Shown here: positions 9,647 to 20,710 of the stretch, piece by piece
Layout: each line of letters starts with the position of its first letter
How positions within the stretch are numbered: the first letter of the stretch is position 1
NCBI GenBank assembly: GCA_035640355.1
Contig: DASQWI010000007.1
Span: 10,166 to 74,165, forward strand
DNA: 64,000 nt
Reading direction: 5' to 3'
Source: Actinomycetota bacterium
GTDB taxonomy: Bacteria > Actinomycetota > UBA4738 > HRBIN12
Program-made: the position numbers and the translations under genes
The notes under the pieces: model-generated
Told to the model about the DNA's origin: nothing
The model's database searches: none
The model's input: only the letters and a program-made list of their open reading frames with translations

Positions 9647-11530
9647 GTGAGCGCCCTCCGCCCGGAGCCCTCCACGATCCCCGATGCCCCCGGCGCCTAC
9701 CTGTTCAGGGACGCCGATGGCCGAGTGATCTACGTCGGCAAGGCCCGCTCGCTGCGGAAGCGCTTGGCCAACTACTGGGCCCGCGACCTGCACGCCAGGA
9801 CCGTCGCGATGGTCGACGCCGCCGAGGGCGTCGAGTGGATCGTCGCCTCGGGCGAGGTGGACGCGCTGATGCTCGAGTACAACCTGATCCAGGAGCACCG
9901 GCCGCGGTTCAACGTGCGCTACCGGGACGACAAGTCCTACCCCTACCTGGCGCTGACGGTCGGTGAGCGATGGCCCCGCGCTCAGGTATTGCGCGGCGCG
10001 AAGAGGAAGAACGTGAGGTACTTCGGCCCGTTCGGACACGCGTACGCGATCCGCGAGACGCTCGACGCGCTGACGCGCGTCTTCCCCGTCCGGACCTGCT
10101 CGAACTCGTTCTTCGAGCAGCGCGCCCGCGCGGGACGACCGTGCCTGTACTACGACATCGGCCGATGCGCCGGTCCGTGTGTCCCCGAGGTCACCGGCGT
10201 GACCGAGGAGACGTACCGTGGGCACGTCGACGCCCTCGCGGACTTCCTCGCCGGGAACGAACGGCCCGTGCTCGCTCGGCTCGAGCGCGAGATGCGGGCG
10301 GCGGCCGACCGCGAGGAGTTCGAGCTCGCCGCGAAGTATCGGGACCAGCTGGTCGCCGCTCGCCGCGCGCTCGAGAGCCAGGAGATGGTCCTCACGCAGC
10401 CACAGGACCTCGATGTGATCGGCGTCGCCGACGATGACCTCGAGGCAGCGTTCCAGGTGTTCTTCGTTCGGCGCGGACGCGTGAAGGGCCGGAAGGGCTG
10501 GGTGGTCGATCGCGTCGAAGACCTCGACGTGCCGCAGCTGCTCGCGTCGTTCGTGCGCGAGCTTTACATGGAGCGCACTGAGGTTCCGCCGCGGATCCTC
10601 CTGCCGACGCAACCCGCCGACGCCGACGTGCTGTCTGCGTGGCTCGCGGCGCGGCGGGGCGCACCGGTCGTGTTCGCCGTTCCCGAACGCGGTGCGAAGC
10701 GAAAGCTGATGGACACGGTCGCGCAGAACGCGCGCGAGCACTTCCAGCGGCACAAGCTGAAGCGTGCCTCGGACTTCGGCGCGCGTTCGCGAGCGCTGTC
10801 GGAGCTCGGCGCTCTGCTCGGCCTCGAGCAGGCGCCACTGCGGATCGAGTGCTACGACGTCTCGAATCTCGGTCCGACCGACAAGGTCGGCTCGATGGTC
10901 GTGTTCGAGGACGGACTGCCGAAGCGATCCGACTACCGGAGGTTCGAGATCCGGGGGGTCCCCGGACAGGACGACTTCGCGAGCATGGAGGAGATGCTCG
11001 GACGCCGGTTCGCGCGGCTGCGCAAGGATCGTGACGCCGATCCGTCCAGGAGACGCCGATTCTCGTACCCGCCCGCGCTGATCGTGGTCGACGGGGGCCG
11101 GGGGCAGCTCTCGGTGGCGACGAAGGTGCTCGCCGAAGAAGGCCTCCACATCCCGGCAATCGGCCTCGCCAAGCGGCTCGAGGAGATCTACTTTCCGGAC
11201 CGTCCGGATCCGTTGCTGATCCCGCGCGGATCCGAGGGGCTGTTCGTGCTTCAACATCTCCGCGACGAGGCGCACCGGTTCGCCATCGGCTACCACCGTG
11301 AGAAGCGGGCGAAGCGCGCGCTCGCGTCACCGCTCGACGACGTGCCGGGTGTCGGCCCCGGGCGGAAGAAGGCGCTGCTGAAGCGGTTCGGCTCACTCGC
11401 GCGTATCTCACGCGCGAGCGTCGACGAGATCGCCGCGACGCCCGGCGTCGGACGTGGGGTCGCGCAGGCGGTTCACGAACGGCTCACGGCGGCGGCCTCG
11501 GCGAACGGTCAACGGAGGCAGAGCGCGTGA
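9647..11530 (+). CDS. uvrC: Excinuclease ABC subunit C
   Basis: 627 aa with GTG start. GIY-YIG N-terminus (YLFRDADGRVIYVGKARSLRKRLANYW), a UvrBC-interaction region, and a C-terminal RNase H-like plus HhH domain. Confidence 0.95.
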   Translation: MSALRPEPSTIPDAPGAYLFRDADGRVIYVGKARSLRKRLANYWARDLHARTVAMVDAAEGVEWIVASGEVDALMLEYNLIQEHRPRFNVRYRDDKSYPYLALTVGERWPRAQVLRGAKRKNVRYFGPFGHAYAIRETLDALTRVFPVRTCSNSFFEQRARAGRPCLYYDIGRCAGPCVPEVTGVTEETYRGHVDALADFLAGNERPVLARLEREMRAAADREEFELAAKYRDQLVAARRALESQEMVLTQPQDLDVIGVADDDLEAAFQVFFVRRGRVKGRKGWVVDRVEDLDVPQLLASFVRELYMERTEVPPRILLPTQPADADVLSAWLAARRGAPVVFAVPERGAKRKLMDTVAQNAREHFQRHKLKRASDFGARSRALSELGALLGLEQAPLRIECYDVSNLGPTDKVGSMVVFEDGLPKRSDYRRFEIRGVPGQDDFASMEEMLGRRFARLRKDRDADPSRRRRFSYPPALIVVDGGRGQLSVATKVLAEEGLHIPAIGLAKRLEEIYFPDRPDPLLIPRGSEGLFVLQHLRDEAHRFAIGYHREKRAKRALASPLDDVPGVGPGRKKALLKRFGSLARISRASVDEIAATPGVGRGVAQAVHERLTAAASANGQRRQSA

Positions 11531-12486
11531 GCGTGCAGGAACGAGCGGAGGGGACGCGGACGGGCAACGCGAATCGATCGTCCGAGCCGACCGGCAGCTC
11601 GAAACCGGCTCGAACACGTCCTCGCACGTCGGGTCCGGGGTTCACGATCATCACCGGGCTTTCGGGCGCCGGGCGCTCCGAGGCGGCGCGATGCCTCGAG
11701 GACCTGGGCTTCTTCGTCGTCGACAACCTGCCGCCGTCGCTCCTGTCGAAGATGGCGGAGCTCGCGTCGAGGCCGGGCGGTCCTGGCAAGGTGGCGATCG
11801 TGCTCGACGTTCGCGGGGGCGTGTTCTTCGGCGAGCTCTCGCGGGCCCTTGCGGAGCTCGACGAGCTCAACATCCCGTACCGGATCCTCTACCTGGAGGC
11901 GTCCGATCAGGACCTGGTGAACCGCTACGAGGCCACGCGGCGCCGGCACCCCCTGGCCCCGGCCGATCGCGTTGTCGAGGGCATCCGCAAGGAACGCCTG
12001 ATGATGGAGAGCCTCCGCGGCGACGCCGACCTGATCATCGACACCTCCGGCCTCACGCCCCACGAGCTTCGCGACCGCATCCGCGAAGCCTTCGCGGAGA
12101 CCGCGCCCGACGCCGACCTCGCCGTCTCGCTCATCTCCTTCGGCTACAAGTACGGCGCTCCGCGCGACGCCGACCTAGTCATCGACTGCCGATTCCTGCC
12201 GAACCCGCACTGGGTCGACGATCTGCGGCCGCTGCCCGGAACCGACGAACGGGTCGTGAGATACGTTCGCGGTCAGCAGACCTACCGCGAGTTCATGCGG
12301 CGGCTCCGCGCGCTACTGGGGTTCATGGTTCCGGGATTCATCGCGGAGGGGAAGGCCTACCTTACGATCGCCGTCGGATGCACCGGTGGCCGTCACCGCT
12401 CGGTCGTGATCGCGGACGACCTCGCGCGGTTCTTCCGCGACAAGGGCCTCTCGGCGTCGGTCGACTACCGCGACCTCGATCGCTGA
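11527..12486 (+). CDS. rapZ: RNase adapter / nucleotide-binding protein RapZ (YvcJ family)
   Basis: GTG start overlaps the uvrC stop (GTGA). Walker A (ITGLSGAGRS) and a C-terminal GxTGGxHRS motif. The uvrC-rapZ linkage is conserved. Confidence 0.85.
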   Translation: MSVQERAEGTRTGNANRSSEPTGSSKPARTRPRTSGPGFTIITGLSGAGRSEAARCLEDLGFFVVDNLPPSLLSKMAELASRPGGPGKVAIVLDVRGGVFFGELSRALAELDELNIPYRILYLEASDQDLVNRYEATRRRHPLAPADRVVEGIRKERLMMESLRGDADLIIDTSGLTPHELRDRIREAFAETAPDADLAVSLISFGYKYGAPRDADLVIDCRFLPNPHWVDDLRPLPGTDERVVRYVRGQQTYREFMRRLRALLGFMVPGFIAEGKAYLTIAVGCTGGRHRSVVIADDLARFFRDKGLSASVDYRDLDR

Positions 12487-13575
<1,089 letters not shown>

Positions 13576-13585
13576 GCGCGGTGAC

Positions 13586-14788
13586 GTGACGCTTCGAACC
13601 CTCGACGACCTCGGTGACATCGGCGGGCGTCGCGTGTTCGTCCGCGTCGACCACAACGTCCCGCTCGAGGCCGGCGACGTCGCCGACGACGCGCGGGTTC
13701 GAGCGAGCCTGCGTACGCTGACCGAGCTCCTGGACGCGGGAACGTCGCTCGTCGTGGCCTCGCATCTGGGCCGTCCAAAGGGCGAGACACGCGACGAGCT
13801 GCGGACGGCTCCGGTCGCCGACCGTTTGAGCGAGCTGCTCGAGCGCGACGTTCAGGCGCTCGACGAGGTCGTTGGCGATCGGGTCGCGGCGGTATGCGGT
13901 CACGTCGAGCCCGGCGACGTGGTCTACCTGGAGAACCTGCGGTTCGATCCACGCGAGGAGGCGAACGACACCGGCTTCGCCGGGGAGCTCGCCGACCTCG
14001 CCGATGTCTATGTCGACGACGCATTCGGCGCCGTGCATCGCGCGCATGCTTCGGTCGCCGCGCTCGCCGAGCTGTTCGTGAAAGAGGGGAAACCCGCCGT
14101 TGCCGGGCGGCTCCTCCAGGGAGAGGTGGTCGCGCTCTCGCGACTGCTGAACGATCCCGACAGACCGTACGTCGCAGTGCTCGGCGGGGCGAAGGTTTCC
14201 GACAAGCTCGCCACGATCGTCGCGCTCGTCGAGCGTGTCGACGCCATCCTGATCGGCGGTGCGATGGCGTTCACGTTCCTCGCCGCGGACGGCGGAGCCA
14301 TCGGCGACAGCCTCGTGGAAGCGGATAGTTTCGGCGAGGTCCGCGAGGCGCGTGCCCGGGCCGCGGAACGAGGCGTCCTGATCCAGCTGCCGGAGGACGT
14401 CGTCGCGGCGTCCGAAGTCACCGCGGACGCCAGCCGCTCGACCGTCCCCGCCAGCGCGATCCCCCGCGGAATGAGGGGCCTCGACATCGGACCCCGAACC
14501 GTCGAGGAGTTCGCGCGCACGATCGCCGACGCGAGGACGATCCTGTGGAACGGGCCCATGGGGGTGTTCGAGCTCGAGCCCTTCGGCGCAGGGACGCGGG
14601 GGGTCGCCACGGCGGTTGCGGGCGCGAACGCGTACACGGTTGCCGGCGGCGGTGACAGCCTGGCAGCGGTGGCCAAGTACGGGCTCCAGAACGGATTCGA
14701 CCACCTCTCGACCGGCGGTGGGGCGTCGCTCGAGTTCCTCGAGGGCCGTTCGCTGCCGGGGATCGCAGTGCTGGAGAAGGACCGATGA
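13586..14788 (+). CDS. pgk: Phosphoglycerate kinase
   Basis: 400 aa with a typical PGK N-terminus (LDDLGDIGGRRVFVRVDHNVPL) and hinge/C-domain motifs. Confidence 0.95.
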   Translation: MTLRTLDDLGDIGGRRVFVRVDHNVPLEAGDVADDARVRASLRTLTELLDAGTSLVVASHLGRPKGETRDELRTAPVADRLSELLERDVQALDEVVGDRVAAVCGHVEPGDVVYLENLRFDPREEANDTGFAGELADLADVYVDDAFGAVHRAHASVAALAELFVKEGKPAVAGRLLQGEVVALSRLLNDPDRPYVAVLGGAKVSDKLATIVALVERVDAILIGGAMAFTFLAADGGAIGDSLVEADSFGEVREARARAAERGVLIQLPEDVVAASEVTADASRSTVPASAIPRGMRGLDIGPRTVEEFARTIADARTILWNGPMGVFELEPFGAGTRGVATAVAGANAYTVAGGGDSLAAVAKYGLQNGFDHLSTGGGASLEFLEGRSLPGIAVLEKDR

Positions 14789-14807
14789 CCCGTCGCACGA
14801 CCTGACG

Positions 14808-15584
14808 ATGACGAGCGAGCGGCGGCCGATCCTCGCGGCCAACTGGAAGATGCACAAATCGCATCTCGAGGCGATCCAGACGGTGCAGAAGCTCTCGTAC
14901 CTCCTCGACCGCGATGACGCCGAGCGCGTGGAGGTCGTGATCTGCCCCCCCTTCACGGCGCTCCGCTCGATCCAGACCCTGCTCGACAGCGACCGGCTGC
15001 CGTACGGTCTGGGCGCGCAGGACGTTCATTGGATGGACCAGGGCGCGTTCACCGGCGAGGTGTCGCCGCTCATGCTCGCCGCACTCAAGGTGGAGTACGT
15101 GATCGTCGGCCACTCCGAACGCCGCGAGCACTTCGGAGAGACCGATGACGTGATCAACAAGAAGGTGCGCGCGGTGTTCTCGCACGGCATGACGCCGATC
15201 CTGTGCGTCGGCGAGACGCTTGCCGAGCACGACGGCGGAGCGGCCGACGACAAGGTGCGTGGACAGATCGAACGGAACCTCCACGGCGTCTCCGATGACG
15301 ACGCGGCGAGGCTCGTCATCGCATACGAACCGATTTGGGCGATCGGTACGGGGCGGAATGCCGAGCCGGCGGAGGCCGGACGGATCATCGGCTTGATCCG
15401 CGAGACGATCGGCGAGCGCTCCTCGAAGGAGATCGCCGATGCCGTTCGGATCCAGTACGGGGGGAGCGTGAAGGCCGGCAACATCCGCGAGTTCATGGCG
15501 CACCCCGAGATCGACGGCGCGCTCGTTGGCGGCGCGAGTCTCGACCCGGAGGAGTTCGCGCTCATCGTGAAGTACCGCCAGTAG
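14808..15584 (+). CDS. tpiA: Triosephosphate isomerase
   Basis: The ATG at 14808 begins MTSERRPILAANWKMHK, with the catalytic IAYEPIWAIGTG loop. The track ORF is extended upstream to 14616, out of biological range. Confidence 0.93.
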   Translation: MTSERRPILAANWKMHKSHLEAIQTVQKLSYLLDRDDAERVEVVICPPFTALRSIQTLLDSDRLPYGLGAQDVHWMDQGAFTGEVSPLMLAALKVEYVIVGHSERREHFGETDDVINKKVRAVFSHGMTPILCVGETLAEHDGGAADDKVRGQIERNLHGVSDDDAARLVIAYEPIWAIGTGRNAEPAEAGRIIGLIRETIGERSSKEIADAVRIQYGGSVKAGNIREFMAHPEIDGALVGGASLDPEEFALIVKYRQ

Positions 15585-16847
15585 ATGAATCGCCTGCTCT
15601 ACGTCTGCCTCGACGGGCTCGGCGACGACCCGATCCCCGAGCTCGACGACCGGACGCCCCTCGAGGCGGCGCGAACGCCGTTCCTCGACTCGCTCGCGCG
15701 ACGTGGCCGAACGGGGACCGTCGTTACGGTGGGTGAGGGGATCGCGCCCGAGTCCGACATCGCGGTGTTCGCGATCCTCGGCTACGACCCCCGCGACGAG
15801 CACCCCGGCCGCGGCGTGGTCGAGGCCGTCGGGGTAGGGATGGACTTCCGCGACGGCGACCTCGCGTACCGCGTGAACTTCGCCACGGCGGATTGGCCCC
15901 GGATCGTGGACCGGCGCGTCGGCCGTGACCTCACATCGGACGAAGCCGCCGCCCTCGCCGACGAGGTCAACCGCACGCTGCGGCTGCCGAAGGCGACGTT
16001 CGAGCTTCGGGCCACCGTCGAGCATCGGGGCGTGCTGGTGATCCGTTCGAACGAGGGAACGCTCTCCGCGAACGTCACCAACACGGATCCCGCCTACCGC
16101 AAGGAAGGACACCTCGGCGTGGCGCTCGAGACGTTCGAGCCGGAGGTCGCTCGGTGCGAGCCGCTCGACGACTCGGAGGCGGCACGGCGCTCGGCAGCGC
16201 TGACGAACGCCTTCGTCGAAGACAGCGCGAAGATCCTCGACGCATCGGAAGTGAACGCCGCGCGCCGGCGAACGGGAAAGCTGCCGGGAAACCTCATCCT
16301 GACGCGAGACGGCGGCGACGCGCGGCCCAACCTCACGCCGATCCGCGAGCGCTTCGGACCGGAGTGGGGATGCTTCGTCGAGATGCCGGTGGAACGCGGC
16401 ATCGCCGTGCTCCTCGGCATGGCGCCCGTGGACGCGCCGCGACTGCTGACGGAGTCGGACTACTCGACGTGGGCGCGGCTCGCCGCCGACGCGCTGGACG
16501 GCTATGACGCGCTGTACATCCACATCAAAGGTCCCGACGTGCCTGCCCACGACGGCCGGGCGGAGGACAAGCGCGACGTGATCGAGATGATCGACCGGGC
16601 GTTCTTCGGCGAGGTGCTGCCGATGATCGATCCGGCGCGAACGCTCGTCGCCGTGACCGCGGATCACTCGACCTCGTGCGTGCGGAAGGCCCACACGCCG
16701 GACCCGGTGCCGCTCGTCGTCTCCGGCGTGGGGGTCACCTCCGATGGGAGCGAGAGCTACGGCGAGGGCGCCTGCGCGCGGGGGTCACTGGGATCGCTCC
16801 GAGGGGTCGAGATCGTCCCGCTTCTTGCTGGGCTCCTCCGAGGCTGA
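15585..16847 (+). CDS. apgM: Cofactor-independent phosphoglycerate mutase, archaeal type (ApgM; alkaline-phosphatase superfamily)
   Basis: 420 aa. MNRLLYVCLDGLGDDPIPELDDRTPLEAARTPFLDSLA is the characteristic ApgM N-terminus. Metal-binding D/H residues are present in the C-terminal half (TADHST). The ATG immediately follows the tpiA stop (TAGATG). Confidence 0.8.
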   Translation: MNRLLYVCLDGLGDDPIPELDDRTPLEAARTPFLDSLARRGRTGTVVTVGEGIAPESDIAVFAILGYDPRDEHPGRGVVEAVGVGMDFRDGDLAYRVNFATADWPRIVDRRVGRDLTSDEAAALADEVNRTLRLPKATFELRATVEHRGVLVIRSNEGTLSANVTNTDPAYRKEGHLGVALETFEPEVARCEPLDDSEAARRSAALTNAFVEDSAKILDASEVNAARRRTGKLPGNLILTRDGGDARPNLTPIRERFGPEWGCFVEMPVERGIAVLLGMAPVDAPRLLTESDYSTWARLAADALDGYDALYIHIKGPDVPAHDGRAEDKRDVIEMIDRAFFGEVLPMIDPARTLVAVTADHSTSCVRKAHTPDPVPLVVSGVGVTSDGSESYGEGACARGSLGSLRGVEIVPLLAGLLRG

Positions 16848-16984
16848 GGCCGGTGGGTTTGAACGGCCGTTCCAACCGCGGGCACCTCGGGATGCGTATG
16901 AAAGGAATGGCGCAGCTTGAGGCGCCATGGCGCGGCTGCCTTGGACTGTGCTAATGGTTGGCCGTCGAGTCGGAGGGAGGTCGA

Positions 16985-18661
16985 ATGAGTTGGGGTAAGA
17001 GGGCGCCAGCATGGCTCGCCGTGCTTTTCTCGCTCTCGCTCGTCGCCGCGGCATGCGGCGGGGACGACGAGGGCGGGGGAGGGGCGACCGGACCTACCGA
17101 GACTACGGGAGGCGAGGTAACCGGCGGCGAGTGGTCCATGTCGATCTGCGAGCCCGAGTCGCTGATCCCGCAGGTGAACGCGGAGACGTGCGGAAGCCAG
17201 GTGCTGAGGGCCCTGTTCACGCCGCTGGTCCAGTTCGATCAGGACAACAACGTGATCTTCGCGGTCGCTGAATCGATCGAATCCGATGACAACGTCAATT
17301 GGACGATCACGCTCCGCGACGGCTACACGTTCCACGACGGGACGCCGGTCACCGCGCAGTCGTTCGTGGACGCGTGGAACTGGGGCGCCGACTGCGTGAA
17401 CGCAGCGGGGAACAACTACTTCTTCGGCCCCGCGGGCGTGAACATCGTCGGATACGACGAGCTGAATCCCGAAGAGGGTTGCCCCAACCGGTCCTCTGGG
17501 GAGGGACTGTCGGGCCTCCAGGTTCAGGACGACCTGACGTTCACCGTCCAGCTCGGCGCGGAGTTCAGCGAGTTCCCCATTACCGTGAACTACAACGCGT
17601 TCTACCCGCTGCCTGAGTCGTTCTTCGACGACCCCGAGGCGTTCAACGAGGCGCCGGTCGGCAACGGGCCGTACATGATGGACGGCACGTGGGAGCACGA
17701 CGTCGGTATCAACGTCGTGAGGTACGAGGACTACGGCGGAACGCCGGGGAACGCCGACGCCATCGAGTTCCGCGTCTACGCGGATCTCGCCGTGTCGTAC
17801 CGGGACGTCCAGGCGGGGAACCTCGACATCGGTGACGTCCCCGACGACCAGATCGCGAACGCGGAGACGGAGTTCGGAGACCGCTTCATCACGGCGGAGA
17901 GCTCGTCGTTCTCGTACATCGGGTTCCCCCTGTACGCCGAGGGGTTCGACGACCCGGACATCCGCAAAGCGCTGTCGATGGCGATCGACCGCGAGGCGAT
18001 CATCTCCGCCATCTTCTTCGACACGCTGACGCCGGCTGACGACATGGTGTCGCCAACGGTCCAGGGCTACCGCGAGGGCGCGTGCGGCGAAGCATGTACC
18101 TTCGACCCCGAGGCCGCCAAGCAGCTGTTCGATCAGGCGGGCGGGTACGATGGCACGCTCCGCATCTGGTTCAACAACGACGGCGGTCACGAGGGGTGGA
18201 TCGAAGCCGTCTCGAACCAGTGGCGTCAGAACCTCGGCATCGAGGACATCGAGTTCGAGTCCATGCCGTTCGCCAGGTACCTCGGCCTCCTGGACGAGGG
18301 GATCGACGACGACCCCGCAACCGAGGGCGTCGACGGGCCGTTCCGCCTCGGCTGGGTGATGGACTACCCGAGCATGCAGAACTACCTCGAGAACCTCCAC
18401 GGCACGGGGGCCGGGTCGAACTACACGACCTACTCCAACCCGGAGGTGGACGACCTGCTCGCGCAGGGCAAGTCGGCAAGCTCGGGCGAGGAAGCGATCT
18501 CCTTCTACCAGCAAGCCGACGACATGATCATCGAGGACCTGCCGATCATCCCGCTGTGGTACGGCCAGGTTCAGCAGGTCACGTCGGAGCGAGTGTCGAA
18601 CGTCGTGTTCGACAAGTTCACGTTCGTCGACCCCGCCACCGTTGAGGTGGTCGCCGAGTAG
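16985..18661 (+). CDS. ABC transporter substrate-binding lipoprotein, family 5 (peptide/nickel, OppA/DppA-like)
   Basis: Signal peptide with lipobox (LVAAAC), SBP_bac_5 length and motifs. The ATG at 16985 has a GGAGGGAGG RBS. Confidence 0.85.
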   Translation: MSWGKRAPAWLAVLFSLSLVAAACGGDDEGGGGATGPTETTGGEVTGGEWSMSICEPESLIPQVNAETCGSQVLRALFTPLVQFDQDNNVIFAVAESIESDDNVNWTITLRDGYTFHDGTPVTAQSFVDAWNWGADCVNAAGNNYFFGPAGVNIVGYDELNPEEGCPNRSSGEGLSGLQVQDDLTFTVQLGAEFSEFPITVNYNAFYPLPESFFDDPEAFNEAPVGNGPYMMDGTWEHDVGINVVRYEDYGGTPGNADAIEFRVYADLAVSYRDVQAGNLDIGDVPDDQIANAETEFGDRFITAESSSFSYIGFPLYAEGFDDPDIRKALSMAIDREAIISAIFFDTLTPADDMVSPTVQGYREGACGEACTFDPEAAKQLFDQAGGYDGTLRIWFNNDGGHEGWIEAVSNQWRQNLGIEDIEFESMPFARYLGLLDEGIDDDPATEGVDGPFRLGWVMDYPSMQNYLENLHGTGAGSNYTTYSNPEVDDLLAQGKSASSGEEAISFYQQADDMIIEDLPIIPLWYGQVQQVTSERVSNVVFDKFTFVDPATVEVVAE

Positions 18662-18688
18662 CAGATAGAGCGAACAAGGCAGTACGAT

Positions 18689-18722
18689 GGTTGGAGCGGC
18701 CGAGCGATCGGCCGCTCCAACC
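18689..18722 (+). promoter_or_regulatory. Perfect 15-bp stem with GCGA tetraloop between the SBP and permease genes (intra-operon attenuator/terminator-like hairpin)
   Basis: ggttggagcggccga-gcga-tcggccgctccaacc. There is no U-tract, but high-GC actinobacteria often lack one. The position is typical for hairpins that boost SBP stoichiometry. Confidence 0.45.
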
Positions 18723-18750
18723 ACGTAACCAACGACCGAGGTTGTGAACG

Positions 18751-19674
18751 ATGGGGCGCTATGTAGCTCGACGGCTGCTACAGGCGATCCCCGTGTTCTT
18801 CGGCGCGACGTTCATCGTCTTCGCCATGGTGTACCTGATCCCGGGCGACCCGATCCGCGCCCTGAACGGAGAGCGACCGATCTCGGAGAGCGCGCAGGCC
18901 GTCCTGCGCGAGCGCTACCACTTGGACGACCCCCTCGTCGTCCAGTACGCCAAGTACGTCGGCGGACTCCTGACGGGCGATTTCGGCGAGACGTTCCGGG
19001 GGCAACCTGTATCGGACATCATCAAGGAGAAGTTCCCGGTCACGGTGAAGCTCGCGTTCGCCGCGTTCATCTTCGAGGGCGTCCTGGGGCTGATCGCGGG
19101 GATCCTCGCCGGACTGCGACGAGGTTCGTTCATGGACAATCTGGTCCTCGTCTCGACGACCTTCATCGTGGCTATCCCGGTGTTCGTGTTGGGGTTCGTT
19201 GCGCAGCTCGTCCTCGGCGTTCAGCTCGGGTGGTTCCCCATCGCCGGCCTCCAGGAGGGCTGGTACAGCTACATACTCCCGGCAATGGTCCTCGGCTCGC
19301 TGTCGCTCGTGTACATCGCGCGGCTGACGCGGACGAGCTTGGTCGAGAACCTGCGCTCCGACTACATCAGGACGGCGGAGGCGAAGGGCCTGCCGAGACG
19401 CCGCGTGGTGGGACGCCACGCGCTGCGCAACTCGCTGATCCCCGTCGTGACCTTCCTCGGCGTCGACCTCGGAACGTTGATGGCCGGCGCCATCATCACC
19501 GAGGGTATCTTCAACATCCCCGGCGTGGGTCGTGAGGTGTTCCTCGCGGTCCAGAGCCAGGAGTACGCGGTGGTCGTGGGGATCGTCACGGCCGGCATCC
19601 TGGTTTTCATCGTCATGAACCTGCTCGTCGATCTCTTCTACGCGGTGCTCGACCCGAGGATCCGTTATGAGTGA
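18751..19674 (+). CDS. Peptide ABC transporter permease (OppB/DppB-like)
   Basis: MGRYVARRLL start, 6 TM segments and the EAA loop motif. Confidence 0.9.
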   Translation: MGRYVARRLLQAIPVFFGATFIVFAMVYLIPGDPIRALNGERPISESAQAVLRERYHLDDPLVVQYAKYVGGLLTGDFGETFRGQPVSDIIKEKFPVTVKLAFAAFIFEGVLGLIAGILAGLRRGSFMDNLVLVSTTFIVAIPVFVLGFVAQLVLGVQLGWFPIAGLQEGWYSYILPAMVLGSLSLVYIARLTRTSLVENLRSDYIRTAEAKGLPRRRVVGRHALRNSLIPVVTFLGVDLGTLMAGAIITEGIFNIPGVGREVFLAVQSQEYAVVVGIVTAGILVFIVMNLLVDLFYAVLDPRIRYE

Positions 19675-20710
19675 GCAGCGGCCGGCGGGCGGCGCCGACA
19701 CCCTCGAGCCCGACGACGAGGAGGCGGCGCGACAGGAAGATCAGCTCCTGCATGCGGCGTCGACGCAACCCGCGGCGGGCGCGCTCTCCGCCGCAACCGC
19801 GGCCGAAGGGGCCGTCTCCGAGTACCAGGCCAGCCTGTGGGGCGACGCCTGGCGGCAGTTGCGTCGCAAGCCGTTGTTCCTGATCGCAGCCGGCCTGCTC
19901 GTTCTCTTCGTCGCGGTCGCCCTCGCGCCCGGAGTGTTCGCCGGGGTATGCAACTCGTGCGCTGAGTTCGCCAATCAAGACCCGCAGCACCCGGCCGATT
20001 ACGCCGATCTCTCGCGGAGTGTCGAGACGCCTTCCGCGCAGCACTGGTTCGGCTTCGACATCCAGGGGCGCGATTACTTCACGCGGGTCCTGTACGGAAC
20101 GCGCGTGTCGCTGATCATCGGCTTCCTCGTGGTCGGCGTGGACGTGGTTATCGCCCTGATCCTCGGGTGTATCGCCGGGTTCTACGGCCGAGCCTTCGAC
20201 TCGATCATCGGGCGCGGCGCCGACATCTGGTTCGCGCTCCCTACGACTCTGGCCGGGCTCGTCTTCCTGAGCGTTCTCGACAATCGCGGACTGTTCCAGG
20301 TATCGGCGGTCCTGATCTTTCTCGGATGGCCCACGCTCATGCGCCTCATGCGTTCGTCCGTGCTCGCCGGGAAGGAGGCCGACTATGTCCAGGCGGCCCG
20401 CGCCCTCGGCGCGAGCGACTGGCGCATCCTTCGGGTGCACATCCTGCCGAACGGCATCGCTCCCGTCATCGTGTACGCGACCATCAGCGTCGGCATCATC
20501 GTCTCGGCCGAGGCGGCGCTCTCGTTCCTCGGCGTCGGACTGCAGCTTCCGTCGATCTCGTGGGGGCTGATGATCGCCGACTCGCAGGGGCGGCTCCTCA
20601 GCAGCCCGCATCTGTTGCTCTTCCCCGGCGCGTTCCTGTCGGTGTTCGTCCTGTGCTTCATCGTCCTGGGCGACCAGCTGCGGGACGCGCTCGACCCAAG
20701 GCTCCGTTAG
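19667..20710 (+). CDS. Peptide ABC transporter permease (OppC/DppC-like)
   Basis: N-terminal OppC_N-like segment (SLWGDAWRQLRRKPLFLIAAG) followed by a BPD_transp_1 domain. It overlaps the preceding stop. Confidence 0.9.
   Translation: MSEQRPAGGADTLEPDDEEAARQEDQLLHAASTQPAAGALSAATAAEGAVSEYQASLWGDAWRQLRRKPLFLIAAGLLVLFVAVALAPGVFAGVCNSCAEFANQDPQHPADYADLSRSVETPSAQHWFGFDIQGRDYFTRVLYGTRVSLIIGFLVVGVDVVIALILGCIAGFYGRAFDSIIGRGADIWFALPTTLAGLVFLSVLDNRGLFQVSAVLIFLGWPTLMRLMRSSVLAGKEADYVQAARALGASDWRILRVHILPNGIAPVIVYATISVGIIVSAEAALSFLGVGLQLPSISWGLMIADSQGRLLSSPHLLLFPGAFLSVFVLCFIVLGDQLRDALDPRLR

Noticed and set aside
14616-14807. N-terminal extensions on the track ORFs for tpiA; the same applies to pafC (55504), gap (12535), SBP2 (23898), rbsD (35083), amidohydrolase (39116), prcB (50234) and prcA (51193)
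   Set aside because: The extensions run back into the preceding gene in another frame. Conserved N-termini and RBS/overlap signals support the shorter starts used in the feature list.
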